A DNA stretch of 63,979 nucleotides, counting the filler, from Diploschistes diacapsis (Eukaryota): the NCBI GenBank assembly GCA_023645945.1. It is 4 parts of 4 records of this genome, joined end to end, with 100 filler letters (N's around TTAATTAATTAA, not from the genome) between each part and the next. Parts side by side here need not be neighbours in the genome. Positions count along the whole stretch, not along the records: positions 32,600 to 48,725 come from JALAIB010000520.1; positions 48,826 to 63,979 come from JALAIB010000570.1; 2 more parts are not named here. One strand, written 5' to 3'. Positions within the stretch are counted from its first letter, which is position 1; every line of letters begins with the position of its first letter. Positions 45,633 through 58,320 of the stretch are shown in pieces. Below the pieces are notes generated by a model, which did not search any database, was not told the origin of the DNA, and was given only the letters and a program-made list of their open reading frames with translations. A program made the position numbers and the translations under genes.

Positions 45633-46312
45633 GAGCCGGAGAAGACATTCACAGAAGGGGTGTCAGTTTTGTGATTGGCGGCCTGGCTAAGAGAGTTTGG
45701 GGTGGAATCGAAGCATGCAACAATAGAAGCTAGCCAGCAGGAGCTGCATAGCACACTGAACAGCCTGGGCCTTGCTCTGACGAATCATCTGTATCCCGTT
45801 TTTGGTGTAAATCAAAAGCCACATGCCGTTGTTCCACCACGTACGCACTCATCCACAGGTTGCACATCATTCTGTCCCAGCAAAGGACCCAAGATTGGAG
45901 GCGCTGCTTGCGCCGATACGGAACCGTCCATCGTAGACTAGTAGTAGGCAACCATGGCCGAAAAAGCTCTGACCCAAGTCAACTCCATAACTATGTGGTG
46001 GGATTCCGGTTCCTGCTCATTGGGAGAAGATCTCTTAATGCCATGATCGTGGAGGTCAAGTTTGTGCTGTTGTGGTTGTTGTTGATGTTGCTGGTGTGGA
46101 ATGCAGAATGCAGAGTGCAGAGACGAACATGGATCAATATTAGCTCCCTTTAGCGGCATCATCAATGATAATCACCTTTTTCAGTGATCGCCCTTGGTAC
46201 GCATATCCCACCCACCCACACAATCTTCTTCTGCCTCTTCCTGAGTCCCTAGGCCTTCCAAAAGCCCCAGGCAAAGGGTCCCATTCAAGCTCTGATTCGA
46301 CTACGTCGTTAT

Positions 46313-47890
46313 ATGGCCTCGTACTATAGCATCCTGAACCACCACCGCCAGCAGACCATGTACGCTGACGCAACCCTCTCCCAGCCTAACGTGCCGCAAT
46401 CCCACTACGCCTTCCCGTTGCAGCCACATGGATTGTCCTTCGATGACCAGAACCAGCAGCAGCAGCAGCATCAACAGCAGTCCCACGCGCAAATGCAGCC
46501 ACACTTCAATAACGGGTACAACCCTGGCGATGCGGGCTCTATGCCACCGCCCTCGGGTATGGGTAATATGAGCATGAATGGTGCTACCATGCAGCAGGGA
46601 ATGCCACAGCGCACTCCACAGTCATATCAAGCACAGATGCAGCGTAAGTCCATTGGCGCTATGTCTTCCGCTAGTTCCATGCAGGTATTTCTTTGTTCGG
46701 CAACCACCATTTAGACTCTGACTAGCGCTGGACAAAGACAGGAAGGCTGACTGGGACTAAAATCCAGGGCAGCAGATGCCTCCGTCAAGTCCGGGCTACG
46801 TGCAGTCTCCAATTTCCTACGGCACGCCTACTCCCCCTGGCGGAGTGGCAGCAGGGCAATTCTTACCGCAACCGAGTCAATCACCCACGAAACAGACCCC
46901 GCCGACATCGGCACCAACTTCACAGCCTCAGATGGGTCCCTCGGTATCCCCTCAGAATGCGGGCAACCCGATGCAGAAGCCGCAAACGACGGCTCCGTCG
47001 GAGCAACCGCCAATGTCGCCCGAGTCGCAGAAGCGCGAGAACCGCAAGATCGACTTACTCCTTGAGATCAATCGATTTCTATTCCAAGAGATAGTGCTAC
47101 TACAGGCAGCAGGACGAGGGCAACCAGCGCAGAACAGGGGATCGGAGTCGAATGCACAAGGCGGGCAGCAATCACCCACAGGCACGGAGAACGGCAAAGA
47201 CGTGACAGCCGAAGCGAAGGACTCGGGAACCGCCGACAGCGAAACCAAGCCCGACGAGAAAGAGAAAAAGACAGTCGCAAGCCGCGAGTATATCGAGTAC
47301 GTGGCCCTCCACTCTCTTGGCCTACCTATACTCAGGCTCCCCCATCGGACCCTGGCCCTTTCTCATCCATCGCTAACACTCCGTGCAGATGTATGCGCCG
47401 CCTCCAAGCAAACTTCGCCTACCTCACGAACCTCGTCTCGCGGCCCCAGAAACCGCAGGAGAAGATCATCGAGCGACCGCCCATAATGGAAGCCGTGCCC
47501 CCCAACATCGAAGGCAACACCATGTCCGAGGACTCTCTGCGGAGGCTGCATGACATGTACAAGAGCCTTAAGGAGATGTGGCCGTCAGCTCCGCCGCCGC
47601 ACATTCAGGCGTGGAATGCGGTACAGGAGGCTAGTGAGCGCGAATGGATGGGCGCAGGGGGCCCAGCGTTGGCAGGGGCGAATTACACGCCGGAGCAGAG
47701 GGCGCAGATTATGAAGAGAAGACAGATGCAAATGTATTATCAGCAGCAGCAGCAGAAGCAGCAGCAGGCACAGGCCATCAGAATGGAGCAACAGCAGCAG
47801 CAAATACAGCAGATGCAGCACCAGGAGCAACAGCAACAACAATTACAACAACAGGAGCAGCGGCACCAGCAACACCAGCAACAACGGTAG
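46313..47890 (+). CDS. Glutamine-rich protein with a split SS18/SSXT-like domain (putative SWI/SNF-associated), 3 exons
   Basis: IDLLLEINRFLFQEIV.LQ and the spliced EYIE-CMRRLQANFAYL resemble the SS18 N-terminal helices; poly-Q at both ends; introns about 46644-46767 and 47297-47388. Confidence 0.65.
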
Positions 47891-48433
47891 CAGCAGATGC
47901 AGTCGGGGGAATAAGGCACAACAAGGATCAACGAGGGACGAAGGAATAGAAGTATCGAAGGCACATCTTTTCTTTTTCCTTCCCCTTTTTGGATACACCC
48001 AAGAGCATGGAATCTATCCACTGGCATCTCTTATAGCGGTTGGCGGCTATCTGTGGATTTCGGACACGTACTCATCTACAAGTCAGGCACGCGATCTTTT
48101 ATACGATATATCATGTATCTGGCCCTCTTCCTCGGTTAGCGATGTGTTGGGGTAAGAAAGTTGGACATCTAATCGGATTTCGGGATTTGAGCGTACCGGG
48201 CTGGATACGCATCTGGGATACAGAGGCTGGAACTCACGATCGCAAGGCCAGTGGGACGCACTCAGTGCTAAGATGGTATTACGTCTATACCCTCCGCTTC
48301 TCATTGCCGTCAATGCTACTAGTGTATACCCTATCTCAGACTCTCAGTACACGGATCTATGCAGCGCCAATTTTTCTCGCACCGTCTACTACACGTACAC
48401 CTACCACCTGTTATTTCACTCATCGTTCACTAT

Positions 48434-48725
48434 TCACGCAACGACACTACTCTCCCGCACCTCCCTCCTCTCCTCCTCCTTTCCGTCCCCAACCCCGACG
48501 CCATCCACTATCCCCCCGTCATCGGATTCTCCCAGGACCAGCACCCTTCGCAGCACCCTCCTAATCTGCTTTAAAAACACACCAACCTCCTCCTCCGTCC
48601 CCACCGTCACCCGCAGACACCCCTCGCATCCATACTCCTTGCCCCTGAACCGCACCACCACCCCTTTCTTTCCCTCTCCGGTTTCCCGGGACCCATCCGC
48701 ACCATCCTCCCCATCCACTTCATTC
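48434..48725 (-). CDS. HIS5: Histidinol-phosphate aminotransferase, 3' end only
   Basis: GVVVRFRGKEYGCEGCLRVTVGTEEEV is the characteristic fungal His5 C-terminus; truncated by the spacer. Confidence 0.88.
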
Positions 48726-48825
48726 NNNNNNNNNNNNNNNNNNNNNNNNNNNNNNNNNNNNNNNNNNNNTTAATTAATTAANNNNNNNNNNNNNNNNNNN
48801 NNNNNNNNNNNNNNNNNNNNNNNNN
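48726..48825. other. Artificial contig spacer
   Basis: 44 N + TTAATTAATTAA + 44 N. Confidence 0.98.
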
Positions 48826-49090
48826 TAATAATATTTAATCGATAATATTAAATTCTCAAAAAGCTCGAAAGAGGATAACGTGTATTTTAGAAATTCTTTA
48901 GCTTCTTAATAAACGAAAACGATAATTTTTATAATAATTTATGAAAGTTTCTTTAAAAGGTTGAACGATAAGAAAATACGGTAAAAAAATTTTTATCACG
49001 CGATCTATATTTTAAATCCTAATAAATCGAATAATATAAGCGAATCGAATCGTTTCGATCGAAAAAAGATTTATCCTTTTCGAAACTCGA
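48826..49090. repeat. AT-rich, RIP-like degenerate repeat at the contig start
   Basis: Very AT-rich, abundant TpA, almost no CpA/TpG while CpG persists (TCGA, AACG); element family not identifiable. Confidence 0.6.
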
Positions 49091-49665
49091 CCTTTAGAGT
49101 CTGGCCGAGGCCAGAACTCTTTAGGTAAGTTACCTTTTCGTTGCTACCATATGTGATTCGATTGCATAGTGTGTTTAAATTGTCTAGCTACAGATTTACA
49201 AATAAAAGGTATTCCGCCAAGTCTTTTCGGACTTAGGGCTTAACTCCGTAGTGAAACCACACTAGCACTAGACCGGACACGCATGATAAAGTGGCGGATA
49301 GTAAAAAGTTAGCTATCTAGAAGCGCTGATGAGTTTTGAGATATCGCACAGAAGGTACATAACAGTATTCAAGAATTGTAAGGGACGAAATAGTGATTTC
49401 TGTATTTTCCTCCGAATCGCAACAAATAGAAACTTCGAAGGGCAAACGATCTCGCAGCTGGTGGAAATAAACATGGCCCAATAATCATATAATAATACTA
49501 TGAACGAGGAAGTGGCAGATATCAACCCGATGGCCCATAGTATGTTAACAGGACTAAGATGTTATGGTGTGCAGGATCTTGTCGAGTGCACATAAGGCTG
49601 TAAGGATTACATTATACACTATAACCAAGCATGTAACTTTTACACACCTGTGTTTGCCGATCTAC

Positions 49666-50817
49666 TTAGGGACTCCTTGAGCGATCGATCGCCTCCTTGG
49701 TCGCCTCATCAATGTCCTCGCGCGGCAGGCCGAGCAAGCTGTTCAGCGTGCCCCTATTGTGTTCGAAGTCGCCGCAGCCGTCGGGATAGAAGACTCGGGA
49801 CATCAACCTGGGAAAACCAGTGTGTTTGCCTTCCTGGATCTCTTTCAAACCGCTGGAGTACCGCTCCCGAGCTGGCTCTTTCGTGATGGTCCAGTCGTCT
49901 TGCCTGGTACCTGTGACGCGGAGAGCGGAATCCAACATATCTTTCTGGCTGACAGTGAAGGAATTGATGTATACTACCTTGTTCCTAAAGTTCTCGAGGC
50001 AGGCTTCTTTGTTCCGGCCTTCGGACCGGACCGGCAGACCGAGAAGAGCGGCCACGGCTCGACCTACCTGGTGATGGTCAGTTGCCAGTCGGGAAAGGGT
50101 TGGACGATTGAAGCCAAACCTGTGCGCGCGCGCGTCGAGGTTGAGATCTTGGTCTCGCCCTCGTCGAAGAGGGTGACGGCGCGGTTGGCCAAGTCAATGC
50201 CAAAACCTGCCGGCATACTGAGCCCCAGCTCATACCAGAAGCCGGTGGATATGGCGATGTAGGAACTCTTGCCAAGACGTGCAATGGCGTTGCGGGTGTC
50301 CACTGGGGGCACATCAGTCTACTCAGCGACCATCTCTCGCACGGATTACGGGGGGCATGTGGTATTTGAGATTGCTCACCCTTTGGCTGGAAGAAAGACA
50401 CGTCTTTGACCAGCGCCTCGTTCGCGGTGTCCGGGGACCATTCGTTCGGCAGGACCCATGGCACGCCTGCCTCCCAAGCGGCGTTGACGGGCCGCATTTC
50501 CGTCTCTTTGGGAGCACGACTATTCAGAGTGATTACCAACGCGTCCTGGCCCCTGAGTGCCTCCACAAGGGTTTCGGGCTTGCCATAGTCAACCGTGCTC
50601 GGTATCACGGCTTCTGGTAGCTTGTTCTGGCTGTCGACCCGCGTGATTGCCGTGATGGTGTGCTTGCCGGTCTTGATCAACGCTTCAGTCATGTAGCTAC
50701 CGCTGTTGCCGCCAGCCTGTGTCTGTCAGTGAACCATTCGCAGGGCGAAGCAGTGGATAGCTTGGTGTTACGCACGCCAACTATAGCAATCTTGGTGATA
50801 TGGTTTGACGCTGCCAT
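49666..50817 (-). pseudogene. NmrA-like (CipA-type) oxidoreductase with a frameshift in a (CG)5 run
   Basis: IAIVG-AGGNSG, LRGQDALVITL, GVPWVLPNEWSPD, TGFWYE, LFDEGETKISTST, VGRAVAALL. Exon 3 ends in phase 1 (ACG CGC GCG CGC ACA G|GT) but exon 4 needs phase 0. Confidence 0.8.
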
Positions 50818-52759
50818 TGGAAAAAGAGGGTCAAGGCTGCGGTTGATTTGATGGGGAGGTGGGCGACAGAATCAGGGTTTTAAATTCTACGTGATCAACT
50901 TCAGTCCGTCTTGTATACGCCATCAACTATCTTTTGCCACAGCAACGTCGGGGTTTTACAGCCAGCGTTTCCGCGGTCGAGTACGTTGTTCAGCTGAAGC
51001 GGTTAGACCAGACTCTATAATGTTCTGAGTGGTTACGTATTTATATATTCTTAGAATTCGATCGCTACTCCGCCCGGAGGCGAGAAGTGTAGAATCTGTT
51101 CCATCCCCGAGATGATGAAGAGTCGATTGCGGACTATGCTTTTGACATTGAAGAACTCAGCGAAGCTGGGCACAGGTCATAGAAACAAATTGCGAAACAA
51201 TAACAGGTATTGAACAGATGATCGTAAATGTAGAAGAAGACAACAAGTTCTCTACCAAATTTATAAAATGAGATATGGCGTGTTTAATATGTTTTTTGAA
51301 GCTTACTGGCAATATAAATCCAGCCCGATTGCGATTAGCATTACCATTTGCTCAGGAGCGAAGCTGGTCCTCCATTTACAACTTACAACCCACCAAAGTC
51401 TTTGCTCTGGCGAGCACTGTATAGGTTATGTTCCTGGATTAATTTTTGCCCACTTTTAGAGAGGGGGAAGTAAAGGGGTTCAAGGGTTCGGGTTTCTCAC
51501 AACCCCTCCACACCAGAGGGTGACAAAAGCCTGAGTCATTTCTCTGCGCGTGGGCTTTATATGTTGATGGGAGAAAACGGAATACGTAGCACGCGGACCT
51601 TTATGATTCCCACGGCGTCGATAAGGTAGGAGGGGAACTGTGGTGTGAGAAATTGGACAGAGCAAAAAGCACATAAGAAATGACCGTGCACAAGCGTGGG
51701 AAAATGAGTCTGAACGCCAACGCATTGATAGACAGGCAGACGGGTAGGCAATAAACATACACTTAGTACCCAGATGAACAGGGCCCAAAACGTGTAAACA
51801 GCAGGCGAGATCCGGTGTTTGAACCAGGTGGCGAGAATACCAGTGATTTCCGCGCCCGGGTTGTTAGGCAGACCTGGTAGGTACCAAGCAGATAGATGCC
51901 TTTCCCACGCGTTTTGGAAAAATCAGGTTCCCCGTTTACTGTACTACTGCAGCACCGAAGGAATGCTTCCGTATTTGCTGGCCTGATCTAGCATACCGAA
52001 ACCGAACTTGCTACCCGGTGTCAGTGGCCCCTTGCCAGCTGGATAGTGAGCGGGCTGTCAGATCAGGCGTTGAGTTAATGTCCCACGCAGGACCCCCGCA
52101 GGCTGGTGTGCGAATGGGATGCGTGGAATTACGGCCTGAAAGTCGATGCCTTGGGTTTTGGCTCAAAGCTATGGACACTCTTTGGAGGCTGCAGCGTCTG
52201 GTCGAGTCGGATATACGATTAGGAGAAGCATGTGATCATCGTACTCCGTTTGAAAGCCGGTCATTGGTAAACTCTGTATGTACAATAGATTCTTTGTAGA
52301 ATCGGTGCTTCGAAAAGAAATGGCTGCCTTCTTCTTTGCCTACCTCCGTTTCGACTCATCGATTCGTATACTTCCCCTGAAGACAGAAAGGTGAACCGAA
52401 GGATGCGCGCCCGGGAAGCATTCTCACCTCAAGGACGCCCCAGCAGTAAGTGATGAGTCAAGGAATATCCAATCAGCAACTGCAGTGCTGACACCTCCTA
52501 GTAGAATACGCTCTTCAGCGGTGGTAGAGAGACTTTTGCTTTTGCTAGATTGACCACTATCTCAAAAACCAGTTTCATGACTGAATCGCTTGGGAAAAGT
52601 GGAGACGAGGGGGAATTGGGGACAAGATCGTCAGCTGAGCGAGGAATGAGTCGTAAACAATAGATTCCATGTGGTTGAGGCTCCGCCGAGAGGTCCATAA
52701 CCGGATACAAGGCGGAAGCACACAGTAGTCGTGCTGAAAAGAAACCATGCAGCCTAGCC

Positions 52760-53949
52760 TCACATTACTACACAACATCCCTTCTCTTCCATCTTCTGCA
52801 GTATCCTTGGTATTAGCTTCTTGACCGCCTGTTCCATCTCGTCTCCTTGCCCGCCTCCTTGCTGTTGTTGCTGGTATTGCCCACCCGCCTGACCATACTG
52901 CTGCTGCTGTTGCTGCTGGTATTGCCCACCTGCCTGGCTGTACTGCTGTTGATCTTGGGGCTGCTGGTAGCCTTGATACTGGCCCTGCAGATGCTGTTGC
53001 TGATGGCCACCATGATGATGTTTGCCTCCAGTAGGAGGCATTACTGCTGGCCCTCCCTGGAGATTGACGTACATCCTTCCTTCGTTCTCCTCTGTTGCGT
53101 ACTGAAGACCTAATTCTTGGCATATCTGCTCGACCCTGGGCTTAATCTTTTGGATATGGTTAACTGAATGATTTCCCTTCCCGACTATGCTATGTCAAAT
53201 AAGTATGGCTGCCTAATGTTTTGGGAGAGGAAATATTGTCTCTTAGCCCAGAAAAGCAATGTGCCTAGAAGGCTCCATGCACAGTACAAAAGCCGCAATC
53301 AATGACCATAAGTCGCCTGAACTAGGCAGAGAAGGCTTTGACATACACGTGGAGATGGGTCTGTCCATGCTGCTGTGCGTATCTGATACGTGCTTCCAAA
53401 ATATCTTCTGCCTCTTCTACAAACTGGCCGTGCAGATCAATTGTATCCGAATCGACTCGACCAACAGCATTGTTCTCCCGGAAGATGTAGTCCGAAGCTT
53501 GCTTGTTATATTGGTCCATCATAGCTCCGAGGCGTTTGCCTTCCTCTGAGAGCTCATGCGCGCTTGAGCCATCGCCCCGTTCATACGCCTGATGCGCCTA
53601 CTTTCCATACTGTTGTTAGCCTCATCTGAGCTTCCGTAAGCCGAATGAAAAGGCAACGTCTCCGGGCGTGCGACAGGCACCGAACAATGCCTTATAACTA
53701 TGTCGGGAAAGCAGAGAATAACGGCGGACCTTAGCGAAACATGCCGAACGCTTGTCATGTTCCTGCCTAGCGAGGTTACGCAGGCGATCATATTCCCTCT
53801 CGGTATTTAAGCTTGCGGAGTGATTGAAAGCTGATCAAGCTTGAAATTAGCATGGCTACTGGCGGAAACCGTACCGAGTACAGGTTGAGCTGCATACCAC
53901 CTCCCCCCAATTGGGTTGTCGGAAACTTCCTGGTTTTTGCAACAGACAT
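52760..53949 (-). CDS. DUF1771-Smr domain protein with Q/G-rich tail and CaaX terminus, 4 exons
   Basis: Spliced AFNHS..EYDRLRNLARQE..AHQAYERGDG..YNKQASDYIFRENN, Smr IDLHGQFVEEA..LHV-IVGKGNHS..NEGRMYVNL; ends KGCCVVM*. Confidence 0.88.
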
Positions 53950-54738
53950 GATACAGTACTAAAAGAGCGTGAAGAGCTATGAGCGGATGAAGAAATGCAA
54001 GAAAAACATGTACGCTAAAAAGCAAAAACATGAAGGACTCCGAACGAGAACTTTTGACAAGATAGAGTTTCATGAGTACGTATTTATCCAGGATCAGCCC
54101 CGTCGGAAAATGACGCCATGCTTGGGGTTCTGCGGCCCGATGTTTGGATTCGGCCGGCTATCAATTTTATAAAACTCACGAGGCATCAGGTTTCTTTGTA
54201 ATGCCTTCTGGTTGCGTATTCCTGCCACTGACAGGCACGCCAACATGTTATATGATACCTGAGAACCTGCCAGCGTTTAACGTCTATTCTCCTTTTAAAT
54301 GGGAGCACATAGCGTCGAGTGTCTGAAGCCTGCACTCGAGCCATAATGACCCCCAGGGGATTATAGTCAGCTGAGTCTGTCAGACGGTTGCAGGGACGCG
54401 ACTCCAAATAAAGGAAGTGTTGGGATAGCATGGATTAACGTTCTTATGCTCCTCTACGGCAACCACGCGAAGACCTACCACGTCCCCGGGATCGGTTAGG
54501 AAGTTTAGCCACTGACTGGGATCCAGGGGTAACGCAACTGAGCTAACTCATCGCGCAGCACGGATTTGGATAAACTCGTGTCATAAAAGGGTGCACCGTG
54601 AGGCCTCTATCTGTTCTAAAAAAACATCTTTGTTGAAGGTAAAAAGAACTGAGAAAGGATGTGGAAGAACCTGAATGAGTGGACGTATGGAAAGATCTCC
54701 AGAAATCTCGACATCCCCTCGTACGCCAACGCCCAAGC

Positions 54739-55757
54739 TTATAATGGCTGTGCAAATTCATTTGCCCATGCGAGTTCCAGCCATTCTGCAAAGGGTGTCG
54801 GTGTGATATTGACCATTCGGTTGAAGTTGTAGTCAGTAAAATCGAATGCCCCTTCCCCTGTTGCCATAAGGGTTTCGACCCGAGTTCGAGCGTGTGGAAT
54901 CGCGGAGGAACTTTCCAAGTGCAATTGAGATTCAAGGGAACCATTCGTGTGATCTGCTCGTTCGAATTGAAAATCTGCGTCTTTATCAGTTTCGCAGAGG
55001 AGAGTGGTTTCTCAATCATACCTCGTAGTCGCTCAGCAACTCTGACCACATCCGAAACGTTCATCCGTTGACCACACACTCGCAGTTCGGTAGGCCACTG
55101 TGGTAAGTCTAGGGCGGCAACAATAAATTTCGCCACATCGTCCATCGCAGTCATACATATCATGGCTGGTCTTTGGGATGAGTCATGAGGGATCTGGGCT
55201 CGCATAGTCCGGACGTTCATTAGGTAATCACCTTCACCGTTGGCCCCAGACACGTTGCCTGTATTGAAGTCGGCAAGTCCCCCAGGCGCAAACCGCTCGT
55301 AGAGGATTCCGCAACTGATCAACGTGAAAGACATGCCTTCCTCGACATGGCCCCGAAGACGAAGGCGTGCAAATCTTTGACCACGATCTAGAGCCGGGGG
55401 ACGCTTCTCGGATATGCCAGCGAACTCAGCAGGTACGAAGCGCGCAACTCCTGCATTGAGAGCAGCGTCAATCATCAAGAGCTGATCGTTTCCGGTCACC
55501 ATGGAGATCACAAGATCGATTCCAGCTAGATGGTACCGCAGACCGGCTTCATTCCTGAAATCGACCACGAGGACCGTCCAGCCACGGGCCGAGAGTAGCG
55601 GTTTCGGCTGTCTAATCTCAGACTAAACTCACATAACAACTTTCCGGGCACTTACTGTTCGAGAAAGCAGAACAAATTGATGGTAATTGCGGAGCGACAA
55701 GTAATGCGCAATGAGGAACGCGAGGCCGTTTGTCCCGGCGATTGCTACCTTCATCAT
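54739..55757 (-). CDS. NmrA-like / isoflavone reductase family protein, 3 exons
   Basis: MKVAIAGTNGLA, LAGIDLVISMV, IDAALNAGVARFVPAEF, DDVAKFIVAALDL..WP; final exon ..PTPFAEWLELAW after an intron at about 54969-55021. Confidence 0.85.
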
Positions 55758-57814
55758 GTTCTGGTTTTGGGTACTCACGCAGAACGGAAACACCGCTCTT
55801 ATATCTCTTGTACTAAACTATTAGAAAACCGGCAAGATCATTGCTACTCTTAGGCTTCAGCTCTGGAAGAGGAGCTAGGGGCCCATGGCAGTTAGACGTC
55901 AGTCGTGGTTGTTGGTGCCGAAAGGGGTAACATGCATGCCAAAATCGTTTGAATGGGCGTGACCGCTATGGAGTGCAAGACCACTCATTCGTGGATACTT
56001 AGGCTGGAACAGTCAGAATCTACTCGCGTGACAAGCAGCCAGTCCAGGCAATGCTGCCCACACAAACTCGGTCTCTGACTAAGTGCAAAGTCTTCAGCAA
56101 CTGGAGACGTAACGATGATTAAGGGATTGAATGTAGCAGAAGCTACACACCATAACTTAGAAAATTTCGAACGTTGGACATGGGGCGCTTTAGAATGGAC
56201 ACTGAACAGAACGGGTTACAACAGGGCAGCAGAGATGGTTGCGCAAAATTAGGAAATTCGAGCCCTTTCTGTTTCAGAATTCATTCCATGATTGTGTCTT
56301 GAGGGATAAGCATGTTTCAGCAGCCTTGAGGTTGGCACGAGAGGTGTCTGTAAGCAAGAGGATATCAACAAAAAGACTGCAAGGTGCGATCTCGGTAGTG
56401 ACGGCTTGTCTATGATTCTTTCACGAATTTTAGCAGCCTGTCTTCTTTGAACCGCATTGTACCTCATTGAGGGAATAGCTTCAAGTGTGAGGTTCGAAGA
56501 CAGGGTAGGAAATCTAGTAAGCCACGAGGAGTGTGAGTGTGATTCTGCGAACATTGTAGCTCTAACACCTTCCCATTTGTCAGCCATTGGACGCGAATTG
56601 ACAAGCGGTCGAACATGATCGGCAACAAGCTGCAGTAACCTCCTAATTAATATCCGAAGACTATAGATGACTGGCCTGTGTACACAATTGTGTGATTGAA
56701 CGAGGCACAGGAGCCTTGGTCCTCGTCACCAGCATTCTCAAGATTGCGTTCTAGAAAGCGGACTGTAATCCGGTACAAGCGTGAGGGAACTGCGGCTGAA
56801 GCTGGAGCCGCAAAAAAGTGCTAGGGGGCAGTACGCATTGGCTGCTGCGCAGTTCAACCGGGGAATCAGCATTGCAGAAGAGGCGCTTGAGACTCCCTAG
56901 CGCTGTCAGGCTGTATAAACTTACAGGCACGTCTTTCGCGCTCGTGTCCAGGTTTTTTTGAGACGTCCGGTGCAACCCGACCGGGGTGATGCCTGACCAT
57001 TCTTCAAAGAAGGGGGAACATGAAGATGCGCCGATCTGTATAAAGTAAGGGCATAAATATAGAGCGAAATACCAGGGACCCTGCATAAACCGGATCGATA
57101 CAGCAATAACAAGAAAATCTCAACCGTCTTGTAACAGGGATAAGAAGGACCTCCGGTAGACTATCAGTATAGAAATAAGGATAAAACGGTGCAATTGCCG
57201 GGAGAACACAGGCAGCTGTGTATCTGGCAAAATTTTGAAGGATGGATGAATGGATTCAGAACGCTCAGCTTCAACCTCCCCTGAAAGGTGGCGTCAACGA
57301 TTATTTTCAGACTGGGGGACGTTGAGGAAGCCTCAGGTAGAGGTCGGCATACTCAGGTCGTTTGCTTATGTGCTAGGCAGAAACGGTCCAGAAGCTTCAT
57401 TGGATCTCGGCCATGATAGTTTGCCTCGCATACGCCTGATACTCGAAGCAAAGATTTCGTCAACCCAACCTAGGGTCTTTAACAAGCAATGAAAACTTAG
57501 AAATAGAACAGAAAACCTCTCTTGTAAAGCAGCGTGCGCTAAAGGATAGAGCATAGGTTGAGCGGCAGAAGCTGGCTGTCACGGTGACGATGCGAAGGAG
57601 TAGAGGAGTGAACCTTCTGTAGGGTTATCCTCCCCCACGATCGACTTTGAAGTTGTCATCTTAGTGGGATCTGCCGAGTCACGGGATGTCGTGGCAGGCT
57701 CGATTGAGTGGCGGCCACGTCGCGTCGCATTAGCTGCAATCATCGTTATGCACACGTTACTATTGAAGCTTGAAGCGTACAGAAGGATATACCAAGAAAG
57801 ATACCAAATCGACT

Positions 57815-57837
57815 ATGACAATGACAATGACAATGAC
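57815..57837. repeat. (ATGACA)n hexamer repeat
   Basis: About four tandem copies. Confidence 0.8.
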
Positions 57838-58216
57838 CAGAAGCTAATAGTTAGTCTACCCATAAGCCAGTTGAGGCCAACCTCGAAGAAATAGAATGAG
57901 TTATGCTATCGGATAGATAGATTCCAGTCGGCTACAACATGTAGTAACCCCGTGCGTAATAGTCTCCTAATACATTGTGGACATTAGAACTACAGCCCGA
58001 AGCAGTTTTGATGCCCAAGAGAAGTGTGAATATGAACATATCAAGATATAAAGATATAGATAGGTGCCTAATGGTTATAACACGTGCCAGGGCTTAGCGA
58101 AGTCAACATACATCTGTTTTGTAGGCGAGAATAGAATAGGCATAAAATAGGCATAAAATAGAAATAAAACAGGAATAAAATAAAAGCATCCATCCCCCAC
58201 CTTTGCCTCATCAAAT

Positions 58217-58235
58217 ACGCGCTATTTGGACGCGC
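58217..58235. promoter_or_regulatory. Paired MCB-like (ACGCG) elements upstream of the homeobox gene
   Basis: ACGCGC at 58217 and 58230, about 90-100 bp before ATG 58321. Confidence 0.5.
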
Positions 58236-58320
58236 TTTCATACCTTATACCACCATAGCTTGATAATAATTACCTTTCCCGTTCACAACTAATGATTGTA
58301 TTGCTTCTACTTTGCTCAAA

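Noticed and set aside
47740..48027. Cys-rich minus-strand ORF resembling a metallothionein
   Set aside because: Reverse complement of the CAG/CAA poly-Gln tract of the SS18-like gene.
51800..51860. Minus-strand GGTTCAAAC resembling a tRNA T-loop/B-box
   Set aside because: No cloverleaf, acceptor stem or A-box could be built.
52450..52492. GTGATGA...CTGA resembling a C/D snoRNA
   Set aside because: Boxes only about 40 nt apart, with no terminal stem or recognisable rRNA guide.
54543..54968. Extended C-terminus of the 341-aa NmrA ORF
   Set aside because: Read-through of an intron; the spliced frame ends at 54739 with the family-typical F.EWL..AW motif.
49666..55757. Two NmrA-like genes as a possible secondary-metabolite cluster
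   Set aside because: Different subfamilies, no backbone enzyme, transporter or cluster regulator nearby, and the neighbours are housekeeping genes.
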